Source of the DNA: TPA_inf: Saccharomyces
Taxonomy: Eukaryota
Assembly: GCA_000146045.2 (NCBI GenBank)
Contig: BK006941.2
Span: forward strand, 1 to 64,000
Length of the DNA stretch: 64,000 bases
Direction: 5' to 3'
Shown here one piece after another: positions 11,731-23,934 of the stretch. The notes under the pieces were generated by a model. That model was not told the DNA's origin. It saw nothing but the letters and a program-made list of their open reading frames with translations, and ran no database searches. Within the stretch, counting starts at the first letter, position 1; each line of letters starts with the position of its first letter. The position numbers were made by a program, and so were the translations under genes.

Positions 11731-12480
11731 TCTTTTCTCACATCCTCACTTATAGATATGTTTTGATTATTTTCGTTATAGACAAAAATCTTTTGAGAAA
11801 GCCATGCGGAAGTTATTTTTAACTGTAAAGTACAATCGATTTCCTTTAGGCATTTCTACTTTCTTCTGACCCTGATTTAAAATTTTCGAGTTCTTTTTGT
11901 TACGATGCGTTATTTATTGTCGATTTATTACATATAATTCTTTATAATATAAAAGTGCAATACAGTGCATCTAGATATGGATTTTCAAAATTTTGCAGAA
12001 TATGATCGGTTTGCCTACAAGATAAAAGTAAATTATTCACAATTTCCAACATTTAAAAGTGGCGATCGCATAGTAAAAGCGTTAAGAATGATGCTACATC
12101 CCACATGAGAGTGGTTCGATTATGCTGAATTTCAACACCAATTCAATATACTTTAATTTAAACAGACATTTATGATGCCAGAGACATAAAGGATCCGAAA
12201 GGTTTTAGGAACACCTTAGTGGAAAATCATTTTAGCGTGGCCGGGAGTACCAGATTTTTCATAGTTCCCTATTGCAATCAATTTGGATTTTTGCTGGCGT
12301 TGCATCATGGCTATGTTATCCAATGCATGCCAAGAGTGATTTACTTAAAGAGTAACTTCGTTACAAAACATTACGTTATACTTCAGTGCGATAATTTTTC
12401 AGATATCAAAAATTATACTACATTATACAACAAAAGCGTGTAGGTTTACCTATTGCTTATAAGACTAGAACAACTCTTGG

Positions 12481-14157
12481 TCAAATATCTTTATTCCATA
12501 TGTCGACTATTTGTGAAAGCCGGAGCTTTTCGTCTTCTTTAAATTTGATCAACTTTCCAAACTCACCTTCCTTGAATAATGTGCAATAATTGAACAAAAA
12601 ACACTCTCCTGAGTTAATCCATCCTGATATACTAGTATCTGGTATTATAATCCCTTCAAGTTTTACTGGTGATGCATAATATTCACGTAATTCATCTGCA
12701 TTTTGGAACATATCATTTAGTCTCTGTCTATGCTCATAATCGTATTCCCATGAAGTTTTTTTACAAATATTAAGGCCCCCGTTTAGCCATAGCAAGGACC
12801 CGTCCCTGTCTGTATGAGATAGTTGCACAGAACAAATCTGGTAAAACTCACCGGTACTCTCTTTTGAAACTACATTGCCCAACTGACCAATGTTTGATGC
12901 ATCCACAGGATGGAACGTAAAGCGATTGTTCGAAAGTAATTCGCCCAGCCAAAAAAAGTCCTTATCACCATGAAAATATTCTGCAATTGGAGAAAATTGT
13001 AAAGCTATTGAAGTAAGCATACTGAAGAGATGCTTTCCTTTATGCAATATTACCAGGCCGCTTTCCAAATGATGTTTATATTTCTTTATAAACATGTTTT
13101 CCAGAACCTGTGCAACCACTGGATCCTCTACTTGCTCATGTATCTTGGATTCATCCTCTAAATCAAGCCCAATACACCCATAGACAATTTCCCTTAGAAT
13201 TTTTAATTCAGAGGATTCAAATAGATCATCTGATATTACCCGATCTTTAAAGAATAGAACTCCAGTCTTTTGAAATTCCTCTAATTCATAAAATTTTTCT
13301 ATTGAAACAAAGGGCACTGTATCTGAGTCCATTAGAATAGGAATTTCAAAGGATGAGAAGGTCAATGCTAACCACTTGTTGGAATAGGTGGTAAATTTTT
13401 TCGAATATTTCGGGTTTAGCAGACTATGTACATTTAAAAACCATAATTCTTGAGCAGGATATTCAGCGGTGTCTAGACTTCTCGCATATTTGATAATAGA
13501 TTTCATGGAATCTTGACTCAGATCTGCATTATGAACAATCTGTATAGGATAATCATTTTTGATGAACCTCAACACTTTCAATAAGCGTATGGTTTCATTC
13601 AACTGCACGTCAGAAGCACTAATAACTATGCCTTTCGAACCACTTTGAGTCACAGTGTGCAACCAATTCTCCCAAAAAGATAGCCCTGTATCGAAATTGA
13701 TGGGCTTAGAACGAAGGAATTGATGGTTTTTGGGGTCAAATTCCAACATAGACGCATGGTAAACCTCGCCATTCCATCTCGTAGTTGTGTGCCAGAAGGC
13801 ACTTTCATCAGTTTCTAATTTTTCAAAGTTAATATACGGAAAGAGCTTCTTTTCAATATCCCTCAAACGCTGAATATTATGCCCATCAACCTGCTGCAAG
13901 CAATTAAAAAAAATCTTAATCCTCGTAACCAGTTCAATCACATCTTTTGCAGGATTCGGGGTTATTTGATTTACGTCGTAGAAGTCATTCAACCACCCAG
14001 GCGTAAGACCTTCATAGTAACTCCAGCAGCCACCATTGCCACTGCTGCTACTTTGAACTGGTTCTACCAAATCTAACGAATTCAACTGAGAGTAATATAC
14101 TACTAACACAATTCCCAGTAGTACAACTAATATAAACAGTCGATTTTTTCTTCTCAT
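12481..14157 (-). CDS. MNT2: Golgi alpha-1,3-mannosyltransferase (MNN1 family), type II membrane protein, 558 aa
   Basis: Short cytosolic N-terminus followed by a transmembrane anchor, MRRKNRLFILVVLLGIVLVVYY. The length of 558 aa and the position match MNT2. ATG confirmed as cat at 14155-14157. Confidence 0.8.
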   Translation of the reverse strand: MRRKNRLFILVVLLGIVLVVYYSQLNSLDLVEPVQSSSSGNGGCWSYYEGLTPGWLNDFYDVNQITPNPAKDVIELVTRIKIFFNCLQQVDGHNIQRLRDIEKKLFPYINFEKLETDESAFWHTTTRWNGEVYHASMLEFDPKNHQFLRSKPINFDTGLSFWENWLHTVTQSGSKGIVISASDVQLNETIRLLKVLRFIKNDYPIQIVHNADLSQDSMKSIIKYARSLDTAEYPAQELWFLNVHSLLNPKYSKKFTTYSNKWLALTFSSFEIPILMDSDTVPFVSIEKFYELEEFQKTGVLFFKDRVISDDLFESSELKILREIVYGCIGLDLEDESKIHEQVEDPVVAQVLENMFIKKYKHHLESGLVILHKGKHLFSMLTSIALQFSPIAEYFHGDKDFFWLGELLSNNRFTFHPVDASNIGQLGNVVSKESTGEFYQICSVQLSHTDRDGSLLWLNGGLNICKKTSWEYDYEHRQRLNDMFQNADELREYYASPVKLEGIIIPDTSISGWINSGECFLFNYCTLFKEGEFGKLIKFKEDEKLRLSQIVDIWNKDI

Positions 14158-15158
14158 ATTCGATAAATACTATTGGGGCTACTTTTGTCCTGTCACTGCG
14201 GATTTGCAAACACTCATGCGAATATTTTACTCAATTGAGAGATTTGCTGTCTCCCCCCACTTCGATGGTCCCCACCCCTAAAGTAAAGGAAAGAAGAATT
14301 AGCACTGTTTTAGTTCCAGGTACTTCTTTCTTTCTTTACCGGTATTGTGTGGCTCATCAAAACTTCGTCTCGGGAAAATGAAAAATGTAAACAAGAATTT
14401 CCGTTTCAAAGAGTTGCCTAAGGCCCACTAATAATGTACTTATTATTTACAATTCGGAGAACGCTGCTGATAGAAATCAATCAAGAAGTCCCTTAGTCTT
14501 TGTGTGTTTACGCCATATTGCTTAGTTTCGTAGTGCGTTACAGTTCTATCGTGTGAAAATTTTTTTCTAATGCATCAGCTGTTATGCGCACTACTTGAAA
14601 GGTTATCGAGCGTTTGTAAAAAGTAGAAGTACTTAAATGAACCTTCACGGTTAAGCAACCAGTATAATTGAGGCTGCTGATTTGAAATTGCGTTTTGTGT
14701 TCAGAAGGATCCCCGGAGGCCTTCAATGAGCTTCCATTTTATTTTCTCCAAGGAGGCCATTTTTTGTAGTGTGATGTTGACATGGTTATAACTGTTAGCA
14801 GTGTTTGTGATGATGGCTGTAGTATCACCGCAGTGGATTAGCTATGAAAAAAAAAAAAAAGAACTAGTTTTTAGTTCGCGCATCACGAGGTACGTGTTTA
14901 ATATGTCAGATGCTTGGGATCACGTATGCCGTTAACTCTACAAAGCAATTGATATTTTGCTGCCTCAAATATCTCACACTACTAGGATATATTCTTTTAT
15001 CAAACAGGAAAAAAGGGCAGCGTACCAACATGTATAAAAGGGTTATTAGCATTTCTGGTTTATTAAAGACTGGAGTCAAACGTTTTTCTTCTGTCTATTG
15101 CAAAACAACCATCAACAACAAGTTTACATTTGCAACAACTAATAGTCAAATAAGAAAA

Positions 15159-16307
15159 ATGTCTTCCGTTACTGGGTTTTACATTCCACCAATCTCTTTC
15201 TTTGGTGAAGGTGCTTTAGAAGAAACCGCTGATTACATCAAAAACAAGGATTACAAAAAGGCTTTGATCGTTACTGATCCTGGTATTGCAGCTATTGGTC
15301 TCTCCGGTAGAGTCCAAAAGATGTTGGAAGAACGTGACTTAAACGTTGCTATCTATGACAAAACTCAACCAAACCCAAATATTGCCAATGTCACAGCTGG
15401 TTTGAAGGTTTTGAAGGAACAAAACTCTGAAATTGTTGTTTCCATTGGTGGTGGTTCTGCTCACGACAATGCTAAGGCCATTGCTTTATTGGCTACTAAC
15501 GGTGGGGAAATCGGAGACTATGAAGGTGTCAATCAATCTAAGAAGGCTGCTTTACCACTATTTGCCATCAACACTACTGCTGGTACTGCTTCCGAAATGA
15601 CCAGATTCACTATTATCTCTAATGAAGAAAAGAAAATCAAGATGGCTATCATTGACAACAACGTCACTCCAGCTGTTGCTGTCAACGATCCATCTACCAT
15701 GTTTGGTTTGCCACCTGCTTTGACTGCTGCTACTGGTCTAGATGCTTTGACTCACTGTATCGAAGCTTATGTTTCCACCGCCTCTAACCCAATCACCGAT
15801 GCCTGTGCTTTGAAGGGTATTGATTTGATCAATGAAAGCTTAGTCGCTGCATACAAAGACGGTAAAGACAAGAAGGCCAGAACTGACATGTGTTACGCTG
15901 AATACTTGGCAGGTATGGCTTTCAACAATGCTTCTCTAGGTTATGTTCATGCCCTTGCTCATCAACTTGGTGGTTTCTACCACTTGCCTCATGGTGTTTG
16001 TAACGCTGTCTTGTTGCCTCATGTTCAAGAGGCCAACATGCAATGTCCAAAGGCCAAGAAGAGATTAGGTGAAATTGCTTTGCATTTCGGTGCTTCTCAA
16101 GAAGATCCAGAAGAAACCATCAAGGCTTTGCACGTTTTAAACAGAACCATGAACATTCCAAGAAACTTGAAAGAATTAGGTGTTAAAACCGAAGATTTTG
16201 AAATTTTGGCTGAACACGCCATGCATGATGCCTGCCATTTGACTAACCCAGTTCAATTCACCAAAGAACAAGTGGTTGCCATTATCAAGAAAGCCTATGA
16301 ATATTAA
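15159..16307 (+). CDS. ADH4: Alcohol dehydrogenase IV, iron-type (group III) ADH, 382 aa
   Basis: MSSVTGFYIPPISFFGEGALEETADYIK...GGGSAHDNAKA... is the Fe-ADH family signature. The ORF track shows a 465-aa open frame from 14910, but family homology begins at the ATG at 15159. Confidence 0.92.
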   Translation: MSSVTGFYIPPISFFGEGALEETADYIKNKDYKKALIVTDPGIAAIGLSGRVQKMLEERDLNVAIYDKTQPNPNIANVTAGLKVLKEQNSEIVVSIGGGSAHDNAKAIALLATNGGEIGDYEGVNQSKKAALPLFAINTTAGTASEMTRFTIISNEEKKIKMAIIDNNVTPAVAVNDPSTMFGLPPALTAATGLDALTHCIEAYVSTASNPITDACALKGIDLINESLVAAYKDGKDKKARTDMCYAEYLAGMAFNNASLGYVHALAHQLGGFYHLPHGVCNAVLLPHVQEANMQCPKAKKRLGEIALHFGASQEDPEETIKALHVLNRTMNIPRNLKELGVKTEDFEILAEHAMHDACHLTNPVQFTKEQVVAIIKKAYEY

Positions 16308-19300
16308 AAAAATCGAACGAACTCATAAACGTCAATTATGCGTGTGCCTTATTTATTTAGTTGTGCGTACAGTATAATGCACTTATTTATTTACCAATCA
16401 AATGATTTTTTTAACTTTTCACGATCTATATAATTACGTTAATTTCGAGTATATAACAATGAAAATATATATCTACGTTGTTTTAAATTGAAAAAAGAAG
16501 AACGGAAGTTCTATTAATGAGCCGAGACCGGTACGTTTGTTGAAAATAGTTTGGACTTAATTACTGACATACTGTTGGCTTTGAAGCATTTAAGACTGAA
16601 AAATAGTCATGCAAAAGTCATGCTTTAATATGGTGGGTTTCAGTTGGATGCAAGAAATAAAATGAAATTCGAAGGCCTTTTGCAATTAAACAAGGCATCG
16701 TCAACCAGACAATGTCGAAAATTTTGAGTCAATCTAAATCAATCCACCGCCACACTGAATTCTGTCAATGATATTGTCTTCCTTTTTTTGGTTTGATATC
16801 TCTAATTTTCAACCTGTTATAAGCAACGTCAATCCGATTACTTTCGTGTGTCATTCACATGCGCATATTTTTTTATTCGTTTTATGATATAGCTGTCTTT
16901 ATTATAACCTCGAAACACAACGGCAATGTAACCTTACCAGCCGCATTATTACAAGGAGCCCACTTTATTTTCAATTGCTATCGCTACATCGCAAATGCTA
17001 CAGCACCCCCATCAGACCTTGAAGTATATATATATTTAATAATAAATACATTATTGGAATGGCTAGTAAATTTTGACATAAACATGATTTCCGAACGAAT
17101 TAAAATACAGTTGATTTAGGAGAAAGTATCAGTACATTGCTAAAAATTTTAAGCAAATGTTAAGTGAAAAAGGCTTATCATTCAGATGAGCTTAAGAATA
17201 TACTTTTTGCGTTATTCAAGAGCGATGATTATTACTGAACTACTGTGACGATATCAGCAGCATGCCTGATAAATAAATCTGTACATTCGTGGAAAGTAGT
17301 ATGTACTTTTCAAATATTTCTAAGAGCTAATGATATTTATTTGATATTTATATCGACAAATGAATCTTTTTCATAGAAGCCGTTATGAAGACTCCAAATA
17401 GCAATACTCAAAATATACTATAAGATCTCCGACCAGGTACATAATACATGACACAGCACAAATAACCGACCAACTGACAATAGTAGAAAGTAGCGGACGG
17501 TGTCACACGGTTTTCTCGTCCACATCACTGGAAGTAAGCAATCTCTTGGCCAGCTTTCGGTGATCCAAATATTATATCAGACCAGTTTCATTATTCTCGG
17601 AAGTAGAGTCGAATATTTCCTATTGTATAGTGCTAATGCTATCAATGTTTATTATATACAACGTACAATAGTATTATTCTCTAAGATCGTTGAGTTGCTC
17701 ATAGAGAAATCCAAAATATTGTGCACAATAAATTATATTATCTTTTTGAGACGATGAAATCTTAAAAATTGTCAGCAAATAAATGTTTATTTATCGAATA
17801 CTAGGTCGAAACATTTTTTTTGTTTATTCAAAATGATCATGTACCTTCTTCTCGCGAAAGTTTTAATTAAAATTTACTGATAGTTTTTTAATGATGAACT
17901 TCTATAACTAAACCATAATAATGAAAATTACAGGTAATATTTATATCACAAGAAACGGCCCCTCTTTTCTGTTTTTATATAGTAACCATTAAGAATAGTT
18001 GGCTAATCTACTATGAAAGTTCCTAATTAAAAAAAATTCATGAAGAGTTAATCAACGTTCCAGTACCAAATTTATTCTATGTTCTCCTTGGAAGATGAAC
18101 TTGCCGCAGTAGATCATAGAACCTCATTTTCAACGTTTTCCAAAGAAATACTTTTTTTATTTAACTGACAAATATTAATACAGTCTTTATATCATCGATA
18201 TGACTAAAGTACATCGGAATTGCCCAGCAGTAGAGCTCGTGATCGAATAGAAAAACGAGGGCCTTCAGTAGCTCGTAGACATAGGTTAAGATCATGGATC
18301 CTGCATTAAAAAATTCACATAGCGCTAGAATTTTGTTAGCGCATCCGCCTGTTTTTCTTTCAAATGTAAAATTTTAAATACGATCATTCCTTTGGATACT
18401 CAGCAATAGTGCGCACCAGTTAAGAACTGTTTTTATGGTTAAACATGTCTTAATATAATGTGCATACTTCAATGCACCCAAAATGTATATGTTCAGACAG
18501 TTTGTCAATAGAGTAATAATCATTCAAACAAAACCGTAAATTTGAATGTTAGATGTAGCTGTAAAGAAACTTGCTAGATCTAAATATTAATAGAAAAACT
18601 CTAACTATCAATTAAACGACATCTTACATTTCAATTTCATAAAAATTATTCTTTTGGCTAGTTTATATCATATAGCTTTCCGTAAAACCAGTAACAAGCA
18701 ATACACTAAATTGTCCATGTTTTAACTACCATTTCCTTCTAATTTTTTTCCTTTCTTAGCTGATTTAATTCATTTATTTGCTGTCGTTTGCATTTACTGA
18801 CTAAAAAAAGTGTAAAATATGGGAAGCGCAAATTGAAAAGTCGGGTTGCGAAATTACCTGCCAAAAATCCACCTCGTTAATATCTAACAAGATTCAACGC
18901 CTGTTGACAAAAGAAACTCGTCAGTCTCTCAGTTTACTTCTATGTTTAACATATTTGCTATGATCCACTCTAGATTCTGCCCAGCCCTCAACTTCACGCC
19001 CACGTTGAGAGTACATTCAGTACGTTGAAAATACATTCAGTCACACCCGCAGCACAGCAAGTCGTTTCATCTAAGCTATTTTGATCGTTAGAATATCCAC
19101 ACCTCACAAGTATCGACAATTTAGATGTGTATTGGGTTTTGTCTACGCAAATACCATTAGTTTCACACAAGATGCCATCAGCGCTACTGTAAATAGATTG
19201 TTCCTCTGTTATCGTGCGAATGGAACTAGAAAACCAATAATCATTGAATAATATATGTGACAGTGACAGGCCACCAGAATAAAGCTAATATCTAGAGGGG

Positions 19301-20658
19301 TATTTCTTCTTGAGTGAAGAAGAAATATGCTACTTCCAAATTTTAGGACGACAAATCCTCATAATATGAATTAGGCAAATTACAGAATGAAGGGGGTTGA
19401 GAAGTCCCACAGCACATCGCTCCTTCGCTAAGAGCTCCACTGCTAAAACAGAAAAAAAAAGTATTAATCAATTGTACTACCATGTTCTTTGTTACTAAAC
19501 GCGCCTATTTTTTTCGAGAGCCTTTACGAGAGTCAATCAAGCATTCTCCCGCATACTTCGCTAAGAAAAAAGTGATCTTTAATTGGGCCCTTCATCTATC
19601 ATTTTTGCTTAAGTGGCGTAACTTATTTTATCATTTCCTCTCCCTGCCATCCTCTTTATTTTTGTTCTGTATCACAGCAGTTAATTCAGTTTCCATTCAA
19701 AGTATGCCACGGATAACTTGATGCTTCAAGAAGAAAAATTATTTGGCCTAAAACTTGCTGTTTCTTCACAATTTTTCTAAATGCTCTCCGATTCCCGGAT
19801 TGCAGATGTTTCACTGCTCCACATTATATCCTTTGTGTCCACCTTGATAATCGATACTTTAAAGATTATTTTGTGGGAGGAGAGCCTTAGAAAGAATACG
19901 CTTGTTTTAAGAAGGAAAACAAGCGGCACCAATCTTCAATTGGTATTTTAAAATCTATTAGACGTCAAATCCCGGTTAGACTTGAGATAGATGTACCTGG
20001 AGAGAAAATCTATAATAAAAAAAAAAATACTTTCAGGTCAGATATTTCTTTTTTTGTCCCTAATAAAAAGAAATGGTATTCTGCCAAACACCAAAGTGCC
20101 AAATAAGCATTATTTTACATAGTACGAAATGGAAATTACGTCAATTATCGACATTATGACATAAAATTGGATTTAACAAGATCTCTGAATCTGATATGCT
20201 TCTTTCATTAGGGTGGAAATAACAGCATTTGAGAGAAGCAATTGCCAAGCTTCTATGAAAATTTTCTAGAAGGCAAGAGTATTTCAGACTTTCCTAATAT
20301 GAAAGGACAAATTGACACTAATGTCTGATTATGGCCAATTCCTGCGGTAAATTACACGGCGATTACGGCGACATGAGCTCACATTCATCACTCTATGGGA
20401 CAAATGTTTCCAAACTGGGCGCAACAAACACCTGATGTGACTCCTACCCTTTGGACAATGCAGATCCACGCTACGGCAAATTAGTCAAATGCACTAGAAC
20501 ATGGCGCAAGTACTTATTGTGACCTTTGGGGTACCGTTACCGTCAGTTTTCTTCAGCTAAGGCGCGCGCGCCAGATAACTAAAAAAAAATATAGTTGCTG
20601 CTTAAAAAACAATACACCCGTACTCTCTTGCCTGTAAAAACCTCGAAGGACCAAAGAT

Positions 20659-20669
20659 ACCCTCAAGGT
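20659..20669. promoter_or_regulatory. Zap1 zinc-responsive element, ACCCTCAAGGT (fits ACCYYNAAGGT), about -319 from the ZRT1 ATG
   Basis: Read directly from the sequence: ...gataccctcaaggttctc.... Confidence 0.65.
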
Positions 20670-20774
20670 TCTCATCTGTGCGGTATTCTTCAAATTACAA
20701 TGACATTTCCCAAAATTATCAGATGTGCTCAGGTATCTTCTCTCCAATGAGATGAGACAGATGAACATATTTGA

Positions 20775-20785
20775 CCTTGAAGGTC
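20775..20785. promoter_or_regulatory. Zap1 zinc-responsive element, perfect palindromic ACCTTGAAGGT, about -200 from the ZRT1 ATG
   Basis: Read directly from the sequence: ...atttgaccttgaaggtcatgg.... It matches the ZRE consensus ACCTTNAAGGT at 11 of 11 positions. Confidence 0.75.
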
Positions 20786-20977
20786 ATGGAAAGTAGGTTG
20801 AGAGCAAATGTGTAGAACGAAATTAAGAAAAAAAGAAATTACGCACGGCATTAGCTCGATGACTTAGTTATAAATAGAGGCCTGGTATCGGCTGTCATGA
20901 TCTCATCTCTTCCCTATTTACAAAAAAACTGCAAGTATAGACAATAAAACAACAGCACAAATATCAAAAAAGGAATT

Positions 20978-22108
20978 ATGAGCAACGTTACTACGCCGTG
21001 GTGGAAACAATGGGACCCTTCTGAAGTTACACTTGCCGATAAAACCCCTGATGATGTGTGGAAGACCTGTGTTTTGCAAGGTGTTTACTTTGGTGGAAAC
21101 GAGTACAATGGTAACTTAGGTGCCAGAATATCTTCCGTCTTTGTTATTCTTTTCGTGAGTACTTTTTTCACCATGTTCCCATTAATCTCAACAAAAGTGA
21201 AAAGATTGAGAATTCCTCTATATGTTTACCTTTTCGCAAAGTATTTTGGTTCCGGTGTTATTGTTGCAACCGCATTTATCCACTTAATGGACCCTGCTTA
21301 TGGTGCGATTGGTGGTACCACTTGTGTAGGACAAACCGGTAACTGGGGTCTTTATTCATGGTGTCCTGCCATTATGCTAACGAGTTTGACCTTCACTTTC
21401 CTTACTGATCTATTCAGTAGCGTCTGGGTTGAAAGAAAGTATGGTCTTTCCCATGACCATACCCACGATGAAATTAAAGACACTGTTGTGAGAAACACTG
21501 CAGCTGTTTCAAGTGAGAATGACAATGAGAATGGTACTGCAAATGGATCTCATGACACCAAGAACGGAGTAGAGTATTATGAAGATTCAGACGCTACATC
21601 CATGGATGTTGTTCAATCATTTCAAGCACAATTTTATGCCTTTTTAATTTTAGAATTCGGTGTGATTTTCCACTCCGTTATGATCGGTCTAAACCTGGGA
21701 AGTGTTGGTGATGAGTTCTCCTCCCTATACCCTGTCTTAGTGTTCCATCAATCATTTGAAGGTTTAGGTATTGGTGCAAGATTGTCAGCCATTGAATTCC
21801 CTAGATCAAAGAGATGGTGGCCATGGGCCCTATGTGTTGCGTATGGGTTAACCACACCAATCTGTGTGGCCATCGGTTTGGGTGTTCGTACCAGATACGT
21901 CAGCGGTTCTTACACTGCGCTTGTTATCTCTGGTGTTTTGGATGCCATTTCTGCTGGTATCTTATTGTACACTGGTTTGGTTGAACTACTAGCAAGAGAC
22001 TTTATATTCAATCCTCAAAGAACAAAGGATCTAAGAGAATTGTCCTTCAACGTTATATGCACTCTTTTCGGTGCTGGTATCATGGCTTTGATCGGTAAGT
22101 GGGCTTAA
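20978..22108 (+). CDS. ZRT1: High-affinity zinc transporter, ZIP family, 376 aa
   Basis: Multi-transmembrane ZIP protein with the His-rich loop HDHTHDE and a C-terminal segment ...AGIMALIGKWA. The length matches ZRT1. Confidence 0.9.
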   Translation: MSNVTTPWWKQWDPSEVTLADKTPDDVWKTCVLQGVYFGGNEYNGNLGARISSVFVILFVSTFFTMFPLISTKVKRLRIPLYVYLFAKYFGSGVIVATAFIHLMDPAYGAIGGTTCVGQTGNWGLYSWCPAIMLTSLTFTFLTDLFSSVWVERKYGLSHDHTHDEIKDTVVRNTAAVSSENDNENGTANGSHDTKNGVEYYEDSDATSMDVVQSFQAQFYAFLILEFGVIFHSVMIGLNLGSVGDEFSSLYPVLVFHQSFEGLGIGARLSAIEFPRSKRWWPWALCVAYGLTTPICVAIGLGVRTRYVSGSYTALVISGVLDAISAGILLYTGLVELLARDFIFNPQRTKDLRELSFNVICTLFGAGIMALIGKWA

Positions 22109-22249
22109 ACCAAAGCGAAATTCTGCATGTTCCATATAGATTCTATTTCATATTTTATAGTTATTTATTCTTTAGTAATAGCAAAAAAACAGTAATAATT
22201 TTTCTTTAACAGTCTCGGACAATAAATACGCTAAAGAAGATGAAAATGA

Positions 22250-23203
<954 letters not shown>

Positions 23204-23934
23204 ACGCCATAGAAGAGCAATTTCCGTCCTCTACTCATGTGATTCGAACTATGAAACAAAGAAAAGGCAAGAGTAAATAGCGTGATACCTATTACGTATT
23301 ACGTATACATCCTATTATTCTTGAAAAAAAGTGCGGGGCTCCAGAGCTCCACATTGGTGACCCCAGAGTATACTGCTCTTTCTAATGCCTTTTCCATCAT
23401 GTTACTACGAGTTTTCTGAACCTCCTCGCACATTGGTACCTAGAAATGGCTATCATGCCGGACGGCACCGGGCAATAAACCGGACGGCACAAAAAAATCG
23501 AAGAAAAGAGATTTCTTTTTCTCGCGGGCAGTTTTTCCGGTCGATCGACATTCGTACGGTACTTTCTCTGTTTCAGGGACATCATGTTGTAAAAGAAAAA
23601 GACAGTTTAGGTAATCGTTCTTTTCTTTCTGAAAAATTTTCCACGACGACGACGACGACCACGAAACACCTTTGATTGCGAGATCCACGAAATTACCTCC
23701 TGCTGAGGCGAGCTTGCAAATATCGTGTCCAATTCCGTGATGTCTCTTTGTTGCACCTTCGCCACTGTCTTATCTACAAAACTATAAAAAAGAGTAATCC
23801 TACCCCATATCTAAAAAAAATTCCTTAACTTTTATAACTTAACTTCAAAGTTTCTTAATATTTTTTCGCTTTTTCTTTGAAAAGGTTGTAGGAATATAAT
23901 TCTCCACACATAATAAGTACGCTAATTAAATAAA

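Noticed and set aside
14910-15158. Using the 465-aa ORF (start at 14910) as the ADH4 coding region
   Set aside because: Fe-ADH family homology starts at MSSVTGFYIPP (15159), and a TATA-like element lies inside the extension. This is kept only as a hypothesis in the findings.
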